From contig NC_090359.1 in NCBI RefSeq assembly GCF_035084215.1, forward strand, positions 11,842,001-11,906,000: 64,000 nucleotides of DNA, given 5' to 3'. Shown piece after piece: positions 59,388 through 64,000 of the stretch. This stretch comes from Heptranchias perlo (taxonomy: Eukaryota). The notes under the pieces are model-generated. The model ran no database searches. It was given only the letters and a program-made list of their open reading frames with translations, and was not told the origin of the DNA. The translations under genes and the position numbers were made by a program. Numbering within the stretch: the first letter of the stretch is position 1; the number at the start of each line of letters is the position of its first letter.

Positions 59388-60117
59388 GACTGAGAGAGCC
59401 ACACCCACCCCAAGTCTCGGGCCTACTGATGAATTTAGGCCTTTTTTTTTAAAAGAAGCCCTGAGGAAACCTCTCTCCCCGAATCCCAGAGCTTGGTTGG
59501 GAGAGGGGCCCCTTTGCTGGTTTTATTTCCCCCAGAATATCCGGGAGAGCAAGAGAAGGTGGGAGGGATTAATGGTGGAATGGGAAGGAGGGAGTCTGCA
59601 GGGGTAGGCTGCTGCAGAAGTGGGTGGAAGAGGGGCGGGGTTGCACCTTAAAAGGTGGATCTTATTCTGCCTGTCTTCCAGTGGGCAGGGGGAGGAGATG
59701 TCTTCCCCTAGACAGCTGGAGCTGCCTAGGCTCAGTCCTCCAAAGATTGAAAAAGTAACTTCACCCAGGCAGCTCCAGCTGTCCTGGGCCAGACACTTGG
59801 GGGAACCCCCTGTCCTCTAAGGTCTTCTTCCTCCCCCTACCTTCAGCCGACGCACCTCACTGCACCGACCTCCTCTTCCTCCCTCTGTTCGGTGTCGCAA
59901 ACCACCAGCAGCAGCAGCACAACCCCTCCCGGCTGCTGTTTGGTAGTATTCTTCTTCTCCCTCCCTCCTTGTTGATGGTGGTTTCTCCTTCTCCTTCTCC
60001 TTGACTCAGAGGGACCCGGGCAAGGGCCTGCTCTCTCTGCTCTCTCTGCTCTCCACTCAATGGCAGTTCAGCCACAAACAGCTCCAATGCCGAGCTGGTG
60101 TGTCTCAAAGACAACCC

Positions 60118-64000
<3,883 letters not shown>

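Larger units (their letters stand above)
53417..60117 (-). mobile_element. Tx1 copy E, both ORFs intact (3' UTR hidden in gap)
   Basis: ORF1 and ORF2 uninterrupted; the 5' end joins ferritin 5 upstream DNA at 60118. Confidence 0.95.

Overview
Vertebrate genomic DNA, probably a cartilaginous fish (inferred from the ferritin sequence and the CR1/SINE content), with two N-gaps (4633-4783, 53284-53416). It holds a 9-exon ZP3-type zona pellucida gene on the minus strand whose first exon is cut off by a retrotransposon tail, and five intron-containing ferritin H/M-type genes in tandem on the plus strand. There are five near-full-length GC-rich Tx1-clade (L1 group) non-LTR retrotransposons plus three Tx1 3' fragments, and older CR1/SINE debris. 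The main observation is the placement of the Tx1 copies. Almost all lie on the minus strand, head-to-head with a ferritin promoter. Several independent insertions hit a shared (T)CAGA/TT site about 290-370 nt upstream of ferritin ATGs. In the left array each ~7 kb unit carries its own ~210 bp copy of the four-CCAAT-box ferritin promoter. This looks like a site-specific retrotransposon that targets, and may borrow the promoter of, a multicopy protein-coding gene family. Expression, activity and novelty are inferences that cannot be tested from this sequence alone.
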